Positions 36,824 to 48,603 of a stretch of 51,182 nt of DNA are shown here, piece after piece. The notes below the pieces were generated by a model that was not told the DNA's origin, searched no databases, and was given only the letters and a program-made list of their open reading frames with translations. The stretch lies in the NCBI RefSeq assembly GCF_001194135.2, contig NC_068983.1:99278177-99329358 (forward strand), in the 5' to 3' direction. The position numbers and the translations under genes were made by a program. The DNA is from Octopus bimaculoides. Taxonomy: Eukaryota. The number at the start of each line of letters is the position of its first letter. Position 1 is the first letter of the stretch.

Positions 36824-37080
36824 GAACATAAGTAAGATTCAGTTGAATTAGGAACTTAAATTGAGGCACCTCATTAGGTCAGAATAATATACACAAACAA
36901 CAATATTATGTAAATATCGAACTTGGTACATAAGTATCAGCCGAATGATATTCTTGCAGTGTATGTAGACAATTAGACCCAGCCGGGTGAAGGAAGCTGC
37001 TCTTGAGCTATTCAAACATCTCCATTATATTAAATATATGGTCCATAATATTTACAAAGGGCAGATTCCAAGACAGGTGA

Positions 37081-37255
37081 ATAAAATATGAATAATAGAA
37101 GAGGTACAAGTGTCATTCCATTATGGTCATTTCTAACGACTCCTTTATGGTTTCTTTATAATGTAATGTTTTCATTAATCAATTAAAGGAGCCATTAGAA
37201 ACAGCTGTAACGGTTTGACACTTGTACCTCTACTGTTACTCATTTATATTCTATA
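37081..37255. repeat. Imperfect fold-back (MITE-like)
   Basis: gaggtacaagtgtca / tgacacttgtacctc is a perfect 15-bp pair; tttctaacgactccttta / taaaggagccattagaaa is an inner pair. Confidence 0.75.
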
Positions 37256-37959
37256 AATAATAGGATGTAATATATTGATACATTGAGTTAAAAAAGCCTT
37301 TGGTAGGAAAAAAAAGATTGAAGTTTACACTTGGGAAAACAAAGCCATCCTGCAGATAGCAGATAACTTTTTTTCATTTAAGGTTTCTTTTTAAACTCAA
37401 TATATTACATACTATTTTATTAATAGTTATATCTACTTTGAGATTCACCCTGAAAAAAATGATTCATTTAATCATTGTTTTAAATATAAACTCATATATA
37501 TATACAAAATTTATTATAGTGATGAACATTTTTAACCATTTTGCATTCAGTTTTGTTGATGTTGGTTATTGGTTATTGTTTTTAAGTTGTTGTTTGTCCT
37601 CAGGTCCAGACTGTTGGAACTGACTCATGATCAATGATGCTCCAGTTTTGACTACTTTGTTTTGTTTTTTTGTTTTTTTTATACATAGACAAAATGTATA
37701 TAGGTCTTGGTTATGTAATGTCTTCTTTCAAAAAAAATCATTGTATTGTGTTGTTTTAATTATTAACAATGTTATTTGAAAAAAAAGTTGCTTTTTCTAT
37801 TACTAATCACTCGGTCAGGAAGTAAGGAGTGGAATATATTTTATGTTAATAAGTCTGACTAGACCAAGCAGAATTACTTGCACAACATAAAGGTTGTAGT
37901 TGTAAAGTTCGAATTTATATCTTTTGATGAATAGTTCAGCTCTTTAACACCATATCTCT

Positions 37960-38777
37960 TGTACTCCATTCCTACATCTACTATATTTCTTCTCATACAT
38001 TCATTGAGCCTTATGTGCAATTCTATTGTGCACCTACTCACACAGACATTTTGCTTCTACTGGTGTTACCACTGCTCCTCTACACCTACTACCATTGTGC
38101 CTATGCACCCACTGCCATTGTACTTCCCCACTCACTGTTATTGTACCTCTATATTCATTGTCATTGTACTTCTACTCTTACTGCCATTGTACAAGGGTTG
38201 TACTGAAGTAACGCAAGAGTGGATGTAACTTTTTTATTAAGTAATACAGGTTATTCGAATTGCAGACATTGGCAGACTAACTCTTACTCTCTTGTAACTC
38301 TTCTTCCTGTTCTTCTTCCTTGCTGGTAAATAATGGGTTCCAGGCAGAAGCAATGAGTCATAATTAAGTTTTTGACAAAAGAGTGGGTTGCAGGCTATCT
38401 GACATCCACAGAGTGCTACAGGTTGTTTATAGAATTAAGACTATTGACAAGAATTATATGTACAGATGGAGGAAGAAGTTTAAAGAAGGGAGAAACCAAC
38501 ATTGAAAACAAATCACCACACACTGGAAGGCCATCAGCTTTGACCACTGATACAAATCCTTAGAGAGTAGATGAACTGATTTATGCTAACAGACATGCCA
38601 CATTCTGTGAGCTTGTTGAACGACTGGACTATGGTCATAATGCCTTACAGAAGATGGAAGACTTTGGGTATCAGAAAGTGAGTGCAAACTGGGTATCTCA
38701 GGATTGATACTCAATTTGAAGGAGGGAAGGGTGGAAATTGGCTCTGATCTGTTGAATGCTTTTGAAGCCAATGAAGA

Positions 38778-38817
<40 letters not shown>

Positions 38818-39625
38818 ATCTGGTGATAGGAGATGAAATGTGAATATATTTTTATGTCTGGAAATTAAGTTTCAGTCCTTAGAATGGCACCTACATCTCC
38901 AAAGCTTAAGAAATTCAAGAGCCAGTGATTGGCCCAGAAGGTCTTTTTGACTGTATTTTGGGATGACAAGGACACAGTTTTCATTGATTTTCTGGAATAT
39001 GACTGTACCATGTATAGCAAGTGACACATTGAGATACTCAAAAAGCTTAAGGAAGCCGTTAGGAGGAAGAGACCAATCAAAATTCTGAAAACGATTCACA
39101 TTCACCATGACAATGCATGACTACATACATCCTTGGCAAGAAATCAGACAATCAGCAAATTAGGCTGGTTAAAGGTTGCCTCCTCACTGTATAGTCTAGA
39201 TCTGGCACCTTCTGGCTCCCACTTGCTTGGTCCTGTAAAGGACAGTCTTTGGGGACAAAGATCTAATGACAGAGATGAAGTGAAAATGGGTGTGAAGAAG
39301 TGTTTACAAGAGTGCACACATGAATTTTTTTTCAAACTGAATTTGAGAGTTGGGTTCTACAAGGGGGGAAAATGCATTGTTTGTGATGGAGTTTATGTTG
39401 GGTAGTACTTTTGTATAGAGGAAAAGTTATTCAACCAACAAATGCAATTTGAGCAAACCATATCAGTTAATAAAAAAGTTATGCTCATTTTTACATAATT
39501 TTGGTTCAGCCCTTGCCCCTCTACTCTCACTGCTTTCTTACCTTTACATTCACTGCTATTATATTTCTACTCTCACTACTATTGTACGTTTGCTTTTACT
39601 GTTGTCATGCCTCTGCACTCGATAC
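37960..39625. repeat. Degenerate ~24-bp minisatellite (ctactctcactgccattgtacttc-like) on both sides of the mariner
   Basis: Units are visible at ~37960-38191 and ~39516-39625. Confidence 0.6.
38192..39515 (+). mobile_element. Full-length decayed mariner (DD34D) transposon, ~1.32 kb
   Basis: Ends TA|caagggttgtactgaagt ... ggttcagcccttg. Transposase remnants: TGRPSALTT, LGYQKVSANWVSQ, VIGDEM, TVFWDDK, IHHDNA and YSLDLAPSGSHLLGPVK (= WVPxxL, GDE, HDNA, YSPDLAPSD). Multiple stops and an internal poly-T. Confidence 0.92.
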
Positions 39626-40231
39626 TTTTTTATCACTTTTTTTTCCTGCCTTTGTATGTCTGCAATAATAGTTGCTATGAAAAGGTTCATTATTGTGAAA
39701 TATCACTATTCTGTTAATAAACAGAAGCATTGAAGGACTGTTTGAGATGTTGTGCATAGTAATGTTTATTTACATCTTGAGTTCAATTTGTACTAAGATT
39801 GACTTTGCTTTTCAGCTCTCCTGGGTCTGTAAAGTAATGGTCATTTACTGGGATTGATTCATTCAACTATACCCTGCCCATCCACCAAACAACAAATTTG
39901 TAGTCTCATGGTTTTGTAGGAAATAGTTTGGCTATTACTAAAATAATTATGCCAATTAATTCCAAATTATCTGTATCAGATAATTGTGATTGATATATTA
40001 ATATTTGTTTGAGTTTGAATATTTTAAATCTGGAGTCACTCATCTTAATAGTTCCTGGTCAGTATTTGACTAATATAGCCTGCCAATGCGATTTGCCTCT
40101 TTGCATGATTATATCCTTACAGAGATCACACTCCTTACGTTACACCTTTAATATTAAAGCAAAAATGAATTATGTTTGATTTTAGTGATAATTTGATTTC
40201 TTATATATTTGTAAATCATTTTTAATTTCAG

Positions 40232-40308
40232 AAAAAGCTCCCTGAAACTGGTATTGGCCATACTATGGTAGAATCAGCAAATACGTTGGGTTTGGACTCA
40301 GTGTTGGG
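40232..40308 (+). CDS. ARHGAP17/ARHGAP44-like: Internal coding exon (77 nt), BAR domain
   Basis: tttcag| KKLPETGIGHTMVESANTLGLDSVL+GG |gtaaat. Starts in phase 0, matching the previous exon; corresponds to the KKLPL... segment of the family. Confidence 0.92.
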
Positions 40309-41340
40309 GTAAATACACATTTCTTCCACTTATTTCTTATTTCCAGAACGTTGTACTTTACATTTTATATGGCAACATATCATTTACATTTTTTTTCACT
40401 ACCATTGGAGCATGAAGCACTCCTCAGAACTGCAGGTTTTTGAGATGGTTGTGATCTGTAAACAGTTTTGAGTAGGAACCAGAAAGAGAAGTATGAACAT
40501 GCAATATGTAGGTGCACATGGAATTTGTAAAACAGAAGAGAAGAATAAAAGCACAATGCACATGTCAAAATAAAATGGAAATGGGGAATAAAAGCACTAT
40601 GTCAAACAAGTTATATGATGGTCTGCATGCCAAATCTGACACTACTATCACACAGCTTTGCTGCAATTTTCTTGTTGGTATTATGGAAAAACGTTTTTGT
40701 ATCTTCTTTATTGAAAACTTAACAAACTCTTGCTGTTCATCTAGTATACAGATGCCTAACAAGGCTCTTCCTAAAGTAAACAGCTTATTTAGAAATTTAT
40801 GCAGCTAGCACTGTAAGGCAGTAATCTGAAGATGATTTAATGATCTTTATAGTGGTAAACATTCCATCTTTCATGATTAAATGATTTTAGCTATTATCTG
40901 ACCAGAAAAAAAATTAGATATTTATGAAGAAGCAAAAAGATGAGTTTCAATAAACATTCTTTGCTAAGCCATCTTGATATAAATTTACGAAGGAAATGTA
41001 ATTTGAAACATAATATTCTAGCTTGCATTTGACGATTTGAGAAAGGTAGCTGATAAATATATTAGGGTGCACAGTAATACTATCTTGACAGAAATAGTTT
41101 TTTTTTTTAGTTGTTTATTTAAAAAAAACAGAAATTAGTAGTAGTTTGATAACTTATTTTGACTATAAGAAAACAGTTACTTTCAACAATATATATGTAT
41201 GCTAAAGAAACAGTTCATATTATACACTTATATGCTTTAAATATTCTTAAATTGATGTCAAATTTTCTGGTATTATTGATACTGTCAGTAATTGCATTAT
41301 GTTAAATCAAAATTTTCTTGTTTCGCCTTTAATAATTTAA

Positions 41341-41550
41341 CCCTTTAGCAGTTAAACAGGCCCAAATAGTCTACATGTTTCATGTTAAAACTGACGAGAT
41401 CTAGCCTCTTGAACCTATCCTACAATGTCATTCTAAAAATAAACAATCAGGTTACCAAAATCTCAAAGCTATGAGATAATGTATGAGAACTTCAAAACAA
41501 TGTGGATAACTCAGTCTTTCATTTGAAAGAGTAATTTGAAGGCTAAAGGG
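41341..41550 (-). mobile_element. piggyBac-type MITE (210 bp), inverted relative to 21102
   Basis: TTAA|CCCTTTAGCA...GGCTAAAGGG|TTAA. Confidence 0.85.
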
Positions 41551-42356
41551 TTAAAAGTGTAAAAAAAGATCCTCTTTCTGTTTATAGATTGAACTGTCAG
41601 TGATTAAATGAATGGATATAATTACTAGTCATCAGTATACTCTTTAGACTTAGTGACACCACTGTAGAATGTTAGCATTGATAGATGTTTAAAGGCTAAA
41701 TCATTTGATTAATTGAACATTTTTACTGATGTTTATCTACAAATGTTGATATTTAGTTTGGAAGTCAGCTTAAGAAACTCTGTATAGATGATGAGGCACA
41801 TGAGGTTGGCATGCATGTGGAAACTTCCAAAGACTTTTAAAGTGAAAACTAAAATGGAAACTTCTAAGCCTCCTTTACTGTTTAAGTGAGGAGACAGGCA
41901 GAGAACATCTCATGATGATAAACAGGGGAGGTAGCATATTTCTATCAAACACAGGGATATACTCTAAATGCAGTCTAGGTTGCTAATGCACTACTACGTA
42001 TATGAGAAGTGAGAGGGTGTGATGAAGTTTTTTTTTTGTTTAAATTTTGTTCATATTTCATACTTTGAAAGTTGGATGTTTTTCAAAAGAACAAAGGAAC
42101 AATAGGGACCAAGTAAATTGTGTAGATGTTCACTGTATTTTTGTTAATAAGGATGCAAACAGCAATGAATTCAGTATTACATCTCTAACTCTCTCAGGTT
42201 TGTAAAACCTGAGCACAGTTTTTATTTTGGTTTATGTAAATAGGATTTATGGAAATATACTTGTTAATGATAATTACTAGATAATGTTAATTGATAATTA
42301 TTTTTTTTTATCATTTGTTATGTTGGTGAATTTAAATTTTTTTCCCTTTGTTTTAG

Positions 42357-42468
42357 TAATGTATTCCTCCTATGTGGTGAGTGCCAAAATGGTCAAGCTA
42401 AAGAGCTGTTAAATTATGAATTGGATGTAGAATCCACTGTATTAAATCCATTGAATTTAATTCTTGAA
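42357..42468 (+). CDS. ARHGAP17/ARHGAP44-like: Internal coding exon (112 nt), BAR domain
   Basis: ttttag| (G)NVFLLCGECQNGQAKELLNYELDVESTVLNPLNLILE |gtaagt. Phase 2 start completes GG|T = Gly. Confidence 0.92.
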
Positions 42469-45317
42469 GTAAGTATCACAGGTTTCACAAATAACACATA
42501 TGTTCTAGTTGTATTTCAATTCTGAAATATGCAACAATTTTTGTTGTATAGAAAAGATTGCTCAATAAAAAGGTTGTGTGGTTACCTATAACTGCTACAC
42601 ATTACTTTCCTTGTTCTATAACATTGTAACAAAAGGTATAGTGTACCTGGTTAAATCATAGCATATAGGGCGAATTGTTATTTCTCATAAATGTTTCTTA
42701 ATTTGTTGTTTCTCTGCCATAAAAGGACTTGAACAGAACTAGTTTGGCCAAGTGGACAATAATAGTTTCAAAATCAAGAATGATAGACCAGGTAGTAGAG
42801 TTATTAACAAGAAAAATAATAATAATAAAAATTAATAAATATTAGGGTAATAATAGAAGTAATATGTACTTAGAAAGCTATAGTCAGCAGCTTACGTTTA
42901 GAGGAAATGGCTTCTGGGCTACAAAATAGTGACTACATATAATCATTCAACTTGACAGAATTAGTTGACAAATCTCTGCAAAGTATACTTCTTAGTCTAA
43001 AGAAAAAAGGAGAATACATTGGGGAGTATATTCCTAGATATATTGATAAGAAATAGTTGACATAGTCATGGCTACAATATTATAGGTTAACAGGATCTGG
43101 CTGAATGAAGATAAACAACTATATATGTAGGCTTGATTGTACCTGAAAATCTTTGAAACTAACTCTTAATAAACCTTCCCCCTGTGGACAACAATACAAT
43201 GTTAATAATGTTGAAATAAGGAGCAGCTATCATACCATGCTGCAATGTAGTTCTACAAATTTATGCTAGAAAAAATAGATTAAGAAACCTAGAAGAAAGG
43301 TTTGTTTTGTGTAGCATTCTTAGAAAATGTAATTGCTTCTGAGCCTTATCCTTCAAGGAACCAGTGTAGCTGTAACATGGGAAGTTCTCTTTATAGATTC
43401 TAAAGAATTTAAAGCTAAACTGATTAGGTTTCTATCCTCACAGCTCTTCTGCTTCTACTCTCATGTGATTAATAAACAACATTTTCATATATGTGTCCTT
43501 TGCCCATAGATAACTCATGACATGGTAAAAGTCTCTAGGAATTATATTGTCGACAAGTTTATTTTACTTAATAGACAATGAATTAGAAATTTAGAGTTTA
43601 TATGATCCATGACTAGTCTCTATTAAAATCACTTAATACTATGTAACTGCTTTTGGTTACTTGTCTTTTTGTTCAGTGTCTATCTATTTTAGTTTTGAAC
43701 TCTAATGAAACCAAGTTTTTAAAGTGTACCTTACTACTGTGTGGTAAATTTCAAGTTAAAGCTATTTCTCTTCACATATGACACCATTGTAAAGGCTTAG
43801 TCATCATACATTGTCATTTTGTCTTCTCTATAAATCACATGTAAAGCTAAATAGTATTGTGCAGTAGAATCCATGGTTGAATGGTCATTGAATAATCAAA
43901 ACATTCATTGCAGAAAATATATAGAATATATCTTGCATCTTGGGAGGGTCATTGTGCCAATCATAATAACATGCACTGATTCAATATCACTTCTTTATTA
44001 GTCTATTGGCTAAATATCTAACTAAGTAATTGATTGTTTGTTAAAGAATAAACTAGTTGTTTGTTAGTCAAAGTCTTTTTGTCGCTCATTGACTTGTCTT
44101 GTCCTCTCTCCTCAAGGTCAAAGTCTAGAATATGTAAACAATGATAAATTACTGGTGTTCATTAGCGTTAATAAATTCTGATATTTTACCATCATAATTA
44201 ATATTGGCATAAAAGATATTGATAATAGAGATTTTATATGTTATTGTTGTTTAGCTTCAGGTCAGCTCTGATCCAATTGACCTATAATCAAAGATGTTCT
44301 ATCTGTGACTATGCTGTCTGATTTTCTAATAGTGTATCTAGGACTACATTATTTAATGTGCCTTTTTTTTTAAAGATAATATGATGTGATTTGAGGAATA
44401 TTTGACCATTGTTTCTAGCCATTCAAATGACCTGTCAATGCTTCCTCAATGGTATAAAATTCAAAATGATATGCAGTACTGAGACAATATTAGAGATGAT
44501 AGAGAACCTGCAGAGATGGATAGAAGAAGGATATTTATAAGGTTTTGAATTCTAGAGAAAATGGAAATATGATTCCTTAGATGTGTTATGTTAACCTGAA
44601 TGAAAAGCTGAAGTGAGCTGTGGAAGTGGTTGGTTACTAAAGACATACTGAATGTGCACAGGAAGGACAGCTTCCCTTTTGTGAACATGTGATATGGATG
44701 AACTGGAAAGAAAATGTTCCCCATATATTGACACGAATTAATACCTGTAGTAGAGTCCAAAAAAAAAAAAAAGACAAAGACAGATCAGATGTGGAGAGAT
44801 TGAACCTCACAAGCATGATAATATAAAAATGAGATGAGTAGCAATATATGTTGCAGACTTGTCCATGCAATTATTGTCTTATGTTCTTAAACAAATCACA
44901 TTATCTCAGTCAACTTAATTGAGTAGTCATTACCACTGTTGAATACTATTAGAATGATTTTAAAATAATGTGAAAATTACGGTACTAATTGTCAAAATGG
45001 ATTTTCAATCCAGTTTTATTTTTCAAACTGATTTGGGCAGCTGCTGCTTTCTCTCTATGTATATGTAAAGGCTAAAACACAGATAACTTAATAAAATAAT
45101 CTTTCTCTATATCTGTTGTTACAAATGAATCCCCTGTAAAATGACAAAAAAAAATTTACAAAATACAAAATGGTGGTTCTCCAGCATGGTCACAGCCTTT
45201 GGCTGACATAACACCAGTAAAGGAATAACTGCATGGTCTTTAATTTGTGAACTAATGTAATTGATTGGCTTTTGTATGTTACATCATAAATGCAACTATT
45301 TATTAGCTTCAAATATT

Positions 45318-45515
45318 GGCACAAGGCCAGCAGTTTCGGGGGAGAGGGCTAGTTGATTACAACAACCTAGTACTCAACTGGTACTTATTTTATCAACCCC
45401 AAAAGGATGAAAGCATGTTGACCTCAGCAGCATTTGTACACAGAATTTGAAGGTGGATGAAATGCCAATAAGCATTTTGGCCAGCATACTAATGATTCTG
45501 CCAGCTCAATGCCTT
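45318..45515 (-). mobile_element. SINE family A
   Basis: ggtacttattttatcaaccccaaaaggatgaaag...aatgattctgccagct. Confidence 0.82.
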
Positions 45516-45534
45516 AAATGTGACAATTTATTCA

Positions 45535-45772
45535 TCATCATCATCATTTAATGTTCACTTTCCATGTTGGCATGGGCTGGATGGTTTGACAGGAGCTGGC
45601 CATGCAGAAGATTGTGCCACACTTCTGTGCCTGTTTTGGCATGGTTTTTACAGCTGGATGCTCTTCCTAATACCAACCACCTCACAGAGTAGACTGAGTG
45701 CATTTTATGTGGTACGAGCACAGGCAAGGCCAGTTTTGGCATGGTTTTTACTGGTGGATGCCCTTCCAAATG
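45535..45772 (-). mobile_element. Old RTE-tail repeat
   Basis: (CAT)n tail followed by tttaatgttcactttccatgttggcatggg...ggatgctcttcctaataccaaccac. Confidence 0.8.
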
Positions 45773-45799
45773 CTATATGTATATATAAGTATACACATA

Positions 45800-46396
45800 T
45801 GGTGAGGCAAGACCTTCGTACATTGGGCCTCACCGAGGCGATGACTACGGACCGAGACCTTTGGAAATGGGCTGTGCGTGAGAAGACCCGGCAAGCCAAG
45901 TAAGATCGTTGCCAGTGCCCCTGGACTGGTTCTTGTGCGGGTGGCACATGAGATGCACCATTTTGAGCGTGGCCGTTGCCAGTACCGCCTGACTGGCTCC
46001 TGTAGGATTTTCGAGCGAGATCGTTGCCAGTGCCCCTGGACTGGCTTGTGCGGGTGGCACATAAAAGACACCATTTCGAGCGTGGCCGTTTTCGTGCGGG
46101 TGACACNNNNNNNNNNNNNNNNNNNNNNNNNNNNNNNNNNNNNNNNNNNNNNNNNNNNNNNNNNNNNNNNNNNNNNNNNNNNNNNNNNNNNNNNNNNNNN
46201 NNNNNNNNNNNNNNNNNNNNNNNNNNNNNNNNNNNNNNNNNNNNNNNNNNNNNNNNNNNNNNNNATCCAGCTGTAGAAACTCTGCCAAATCAGACTGGAG
46301 CCTGGTGTTGCCATCCGGTTTCACCAGTCCTCAGTCAAATCGTCCAACCCATGCTAGCATGGAAAGCGGACGTTAAACGATGATGATGATGATGAT
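45800..46396 (+). mobile_element. Young 5'-truncated RTE LINE (ORF end, tandemly repeated 3'UTR, (GAT)n tail); contains a 158-N gap (46107-46264)
   Basis: VRQDLRTLGLTEAMTTDRDLWKWAVREKTRQAK* resembles an RTE C-terminus; CpGs are retained. Confidence 0.88.
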
Positions 46397-46487
46397 ATGC
46401 ATACATATATATATATGTAACATATGGTATAATTATAAACAGGACAAATTTTAGCCATTTCTCTGCAGACTGAAAAAATGATGAACA

Positions 46488-46530
46488 ACCTTAATCAATT
46501 TTCGAACCTTATTGGGTTCTCATCAGAGGC
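46488..46530 (-). ncRNA. Minimal type I hammerhead ribozyme motif with canonical core
   Basis: Minus strand GCCT-CTGATGA-GAACC-caataa-GGTTC-GAAA-ATTGAT-TA|AGGT. Stem I is 4 bp and stem II 5 bp; the quasi-palindromic AAUUGAUU provides stem III; triplet UUA. Confidence 0.7.
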
Positions 46531-47145
46531 GTCTACATCATTCTGACAGTCTCCAGAGAAACAAGCAGCCAAACTGTTTATATACTCAACAAATACAGCA
46601 GTTACTCTATGAAGGAGTCCCTAATTTGCAAATTGAAAGTGTTTAACACTATAAATACCAGCAGCCTGTCAACAGGGATCTTAGTCCACACAGTATCAAG
46701 GTATGATATAATATATATGTAACATATGGTAGGTAGGTAGGTATGTTTGTTTGCATGTATGTATGTACATACACACACATATATACATGCTTAGACAAAC
46801 TCATACATACATATATGGATAAAATATGAAGGCAACATATACAGCAGAGATGCTTTGCCCCACAGAGAAAGTGCATGAGCTACTAAGAGGTTTTGCAAGC
46901 TCTTTTACATGCATTGCAATGCTGGAAACCTTTCCATGCTGACAATACAGAAGGATCACATTACAATTCCACAGATGAAGTATTTCTTTGAACATTTTTT
47001 ATTTTTTTAGTTATAGTTAATCAAATCCTTTTGCAATGATTAAAATATACATAGAACTAACATTCTAGTTTGTTCATTTAAAAAAAAAAATTATCAATTT
47101 TGATATCTTGCATATATGATTGGAGTAATTAATTATCTTTTACAG

Positions 47146-47222
47146 AATGACATCCCTACTATTGTAAAATTGAGAAAGCATCTAAATAAGTTAACATTAG
47201 ATATGGATTCTGCACGTAATCG
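47146..47222 (+). CDS. ARHGAP17/ARHGAP44-like: Internal coding exon (77 nt), BAR domain
   Basis: tttacag| NDIPTIVKLRKHLNKLTLDMDSARN+CG |gtaaat. Resembles the family segment EIPNIQKQRKHLAKLVLDMDSSRTR. Confidence 0.93.
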
Positions 47223-47503
47223 GTAAATATATTATTATTGTTTTCTTTTTATTAATTCTTCTGTTAATTACCATCTACATCATTATCATATAACATCCAC
47301 TTTTCTGTGCTTGCATGGTCTAGACAGAATTTTCTTAAATGCAGATTTTCTATGGCTGGAGACCCTTGTTGTTGTCAACCCTCACCTGCTTCCAAGTCAA
47401 GTAATATTTCCCCATGGCTGGATATATTTTCGTGGAAGACTGGAGATTAGCAACAGATGTCAGACAGGGTACACTGAAATACAAACTCACATACATCGCC
47501 GTT

Positions 47504-47524
47504 GTCATCCTCCTCCTCCTCCTC

Positions 47525-47556
<32 letters not shown>

Positions 47557-47698
47557 TTAATGTCTGTTTTCCATACTGGCATGGGTTGCNNNNNNNNNNN
47601 NNNNNNNNNNNNNNNNNNNNNNNNNNNNNNNNNNNNNNNNNNNNNNNNNNNNNNNNNNNNNNNNNNNNNNNNNNNNNGTCATCCTCCTCCTCCTCCTC

Positions 47699-47730
<32 letters not shown>

Positions 47731-48190
47731 TTAATGTCTGTTTTCCATACTGGCATGGGTTGCACGGTTTGACTGGAGATGGTAAGCCAGAGAGCTGCGC
47801 CAAGCTCCAGTCTGTTTTAGCTTGGTTTCTATGGTTGGATGCTTTCCTAATACCAACCACTCAACAGAGTGTACTGGGTGCCTTTTATGTGTCACCAGCA
47901 CAGGTGCCTTTCACATGTCACTGGCATGGGTGCCTTTTGCAAGTCACCAGTATGGGTGCCTTTTGCATGTCACCAGCATAGGTACCTTTTACATATCACT
48001 TACACGGGCGACTTTTATATGTCACCGGCACTGGCTTTGACCATGATTTCATGTAGCTTGACATGTCTTCTCAAGCACAGCAATTTGCCAGAAGTCTCAG
48101 CCACTTACCATTGCCTCTGTGAGACTCAAGTGCCAAATGTCATATTTCACCACCTCATCCCATGTCTTCCTGGGGCTCCTTTTTCCACAA
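47504..48190 (-). mobile_element. Older 5'-truncated RTE LINE (ORF end, 3'UTR and tail); includes an 88-N gap at 47590-47677
   Basis: Minus strand PRKTWDEVVKYDIWHLSLTEAM...AVLEKTCQAT*; (CAT)n(CCT)n tail. Confidence 0.85.
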
Positions 48191-48549
48191 AGTTCCTTCC
48201 ACAATTAGAGATTAGCACTTCTTTAAGCATTGATGTATATATGTGTGTGTGTGTACACATATATATGCACTAGGACATAGAGGCACTTGGGTAGGTGTCT
48301 GAGAGCACAGCAAGCCCACTGAAAATGAGGTCCTCCTGATCTTTGTCAAGGCATCCCTCTAGGAGAAGACTAATTTGTATATAAAACCGCTGCCATATCT
48401 TACCATTTGCTTGTCTCTGGACTTCTTGATATTGCTAGTGAGAGTCATTGTGCTGTTGGGCAAGCTGCACTTGACTTAAAACCCTTGTATGGGCATTACT
48501 GACACTTAACATTTGTCAGCAATGGTCATGCTAACAAGTAGACAGCCAC

Positions 48550-48603
<54 letters not shown>

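Noticed and set aside
40309-40346. ttccag acceptor 38 nt after the exon donor
   Set aside because: The implied intron is too short, and the downstream frame has no BAR similarity; the correct next exon is at 42357.
40512-40808. 98-aa ORF as a nested gene
   Set aside because: No recognisable domain, no supporting splice or promoter structure, and a length expected by chance.
45900-46106. Repeated gatcgttgccagtgcccctggactgg units as a CRISPR-like array
   Set aside because: Only two to three units with related rather than unique spacers, no cas genes, a eukaryotic context, and part of an RTE 3'UTR also present at 9995.
47311-47981. Poly-His, poly-Asp, poly-Ser and poly-Met ORFs
   Set aside because: They are translations of the (CAT)n(CCT)n RTE tail, duplicated by a probable assembly artefact.
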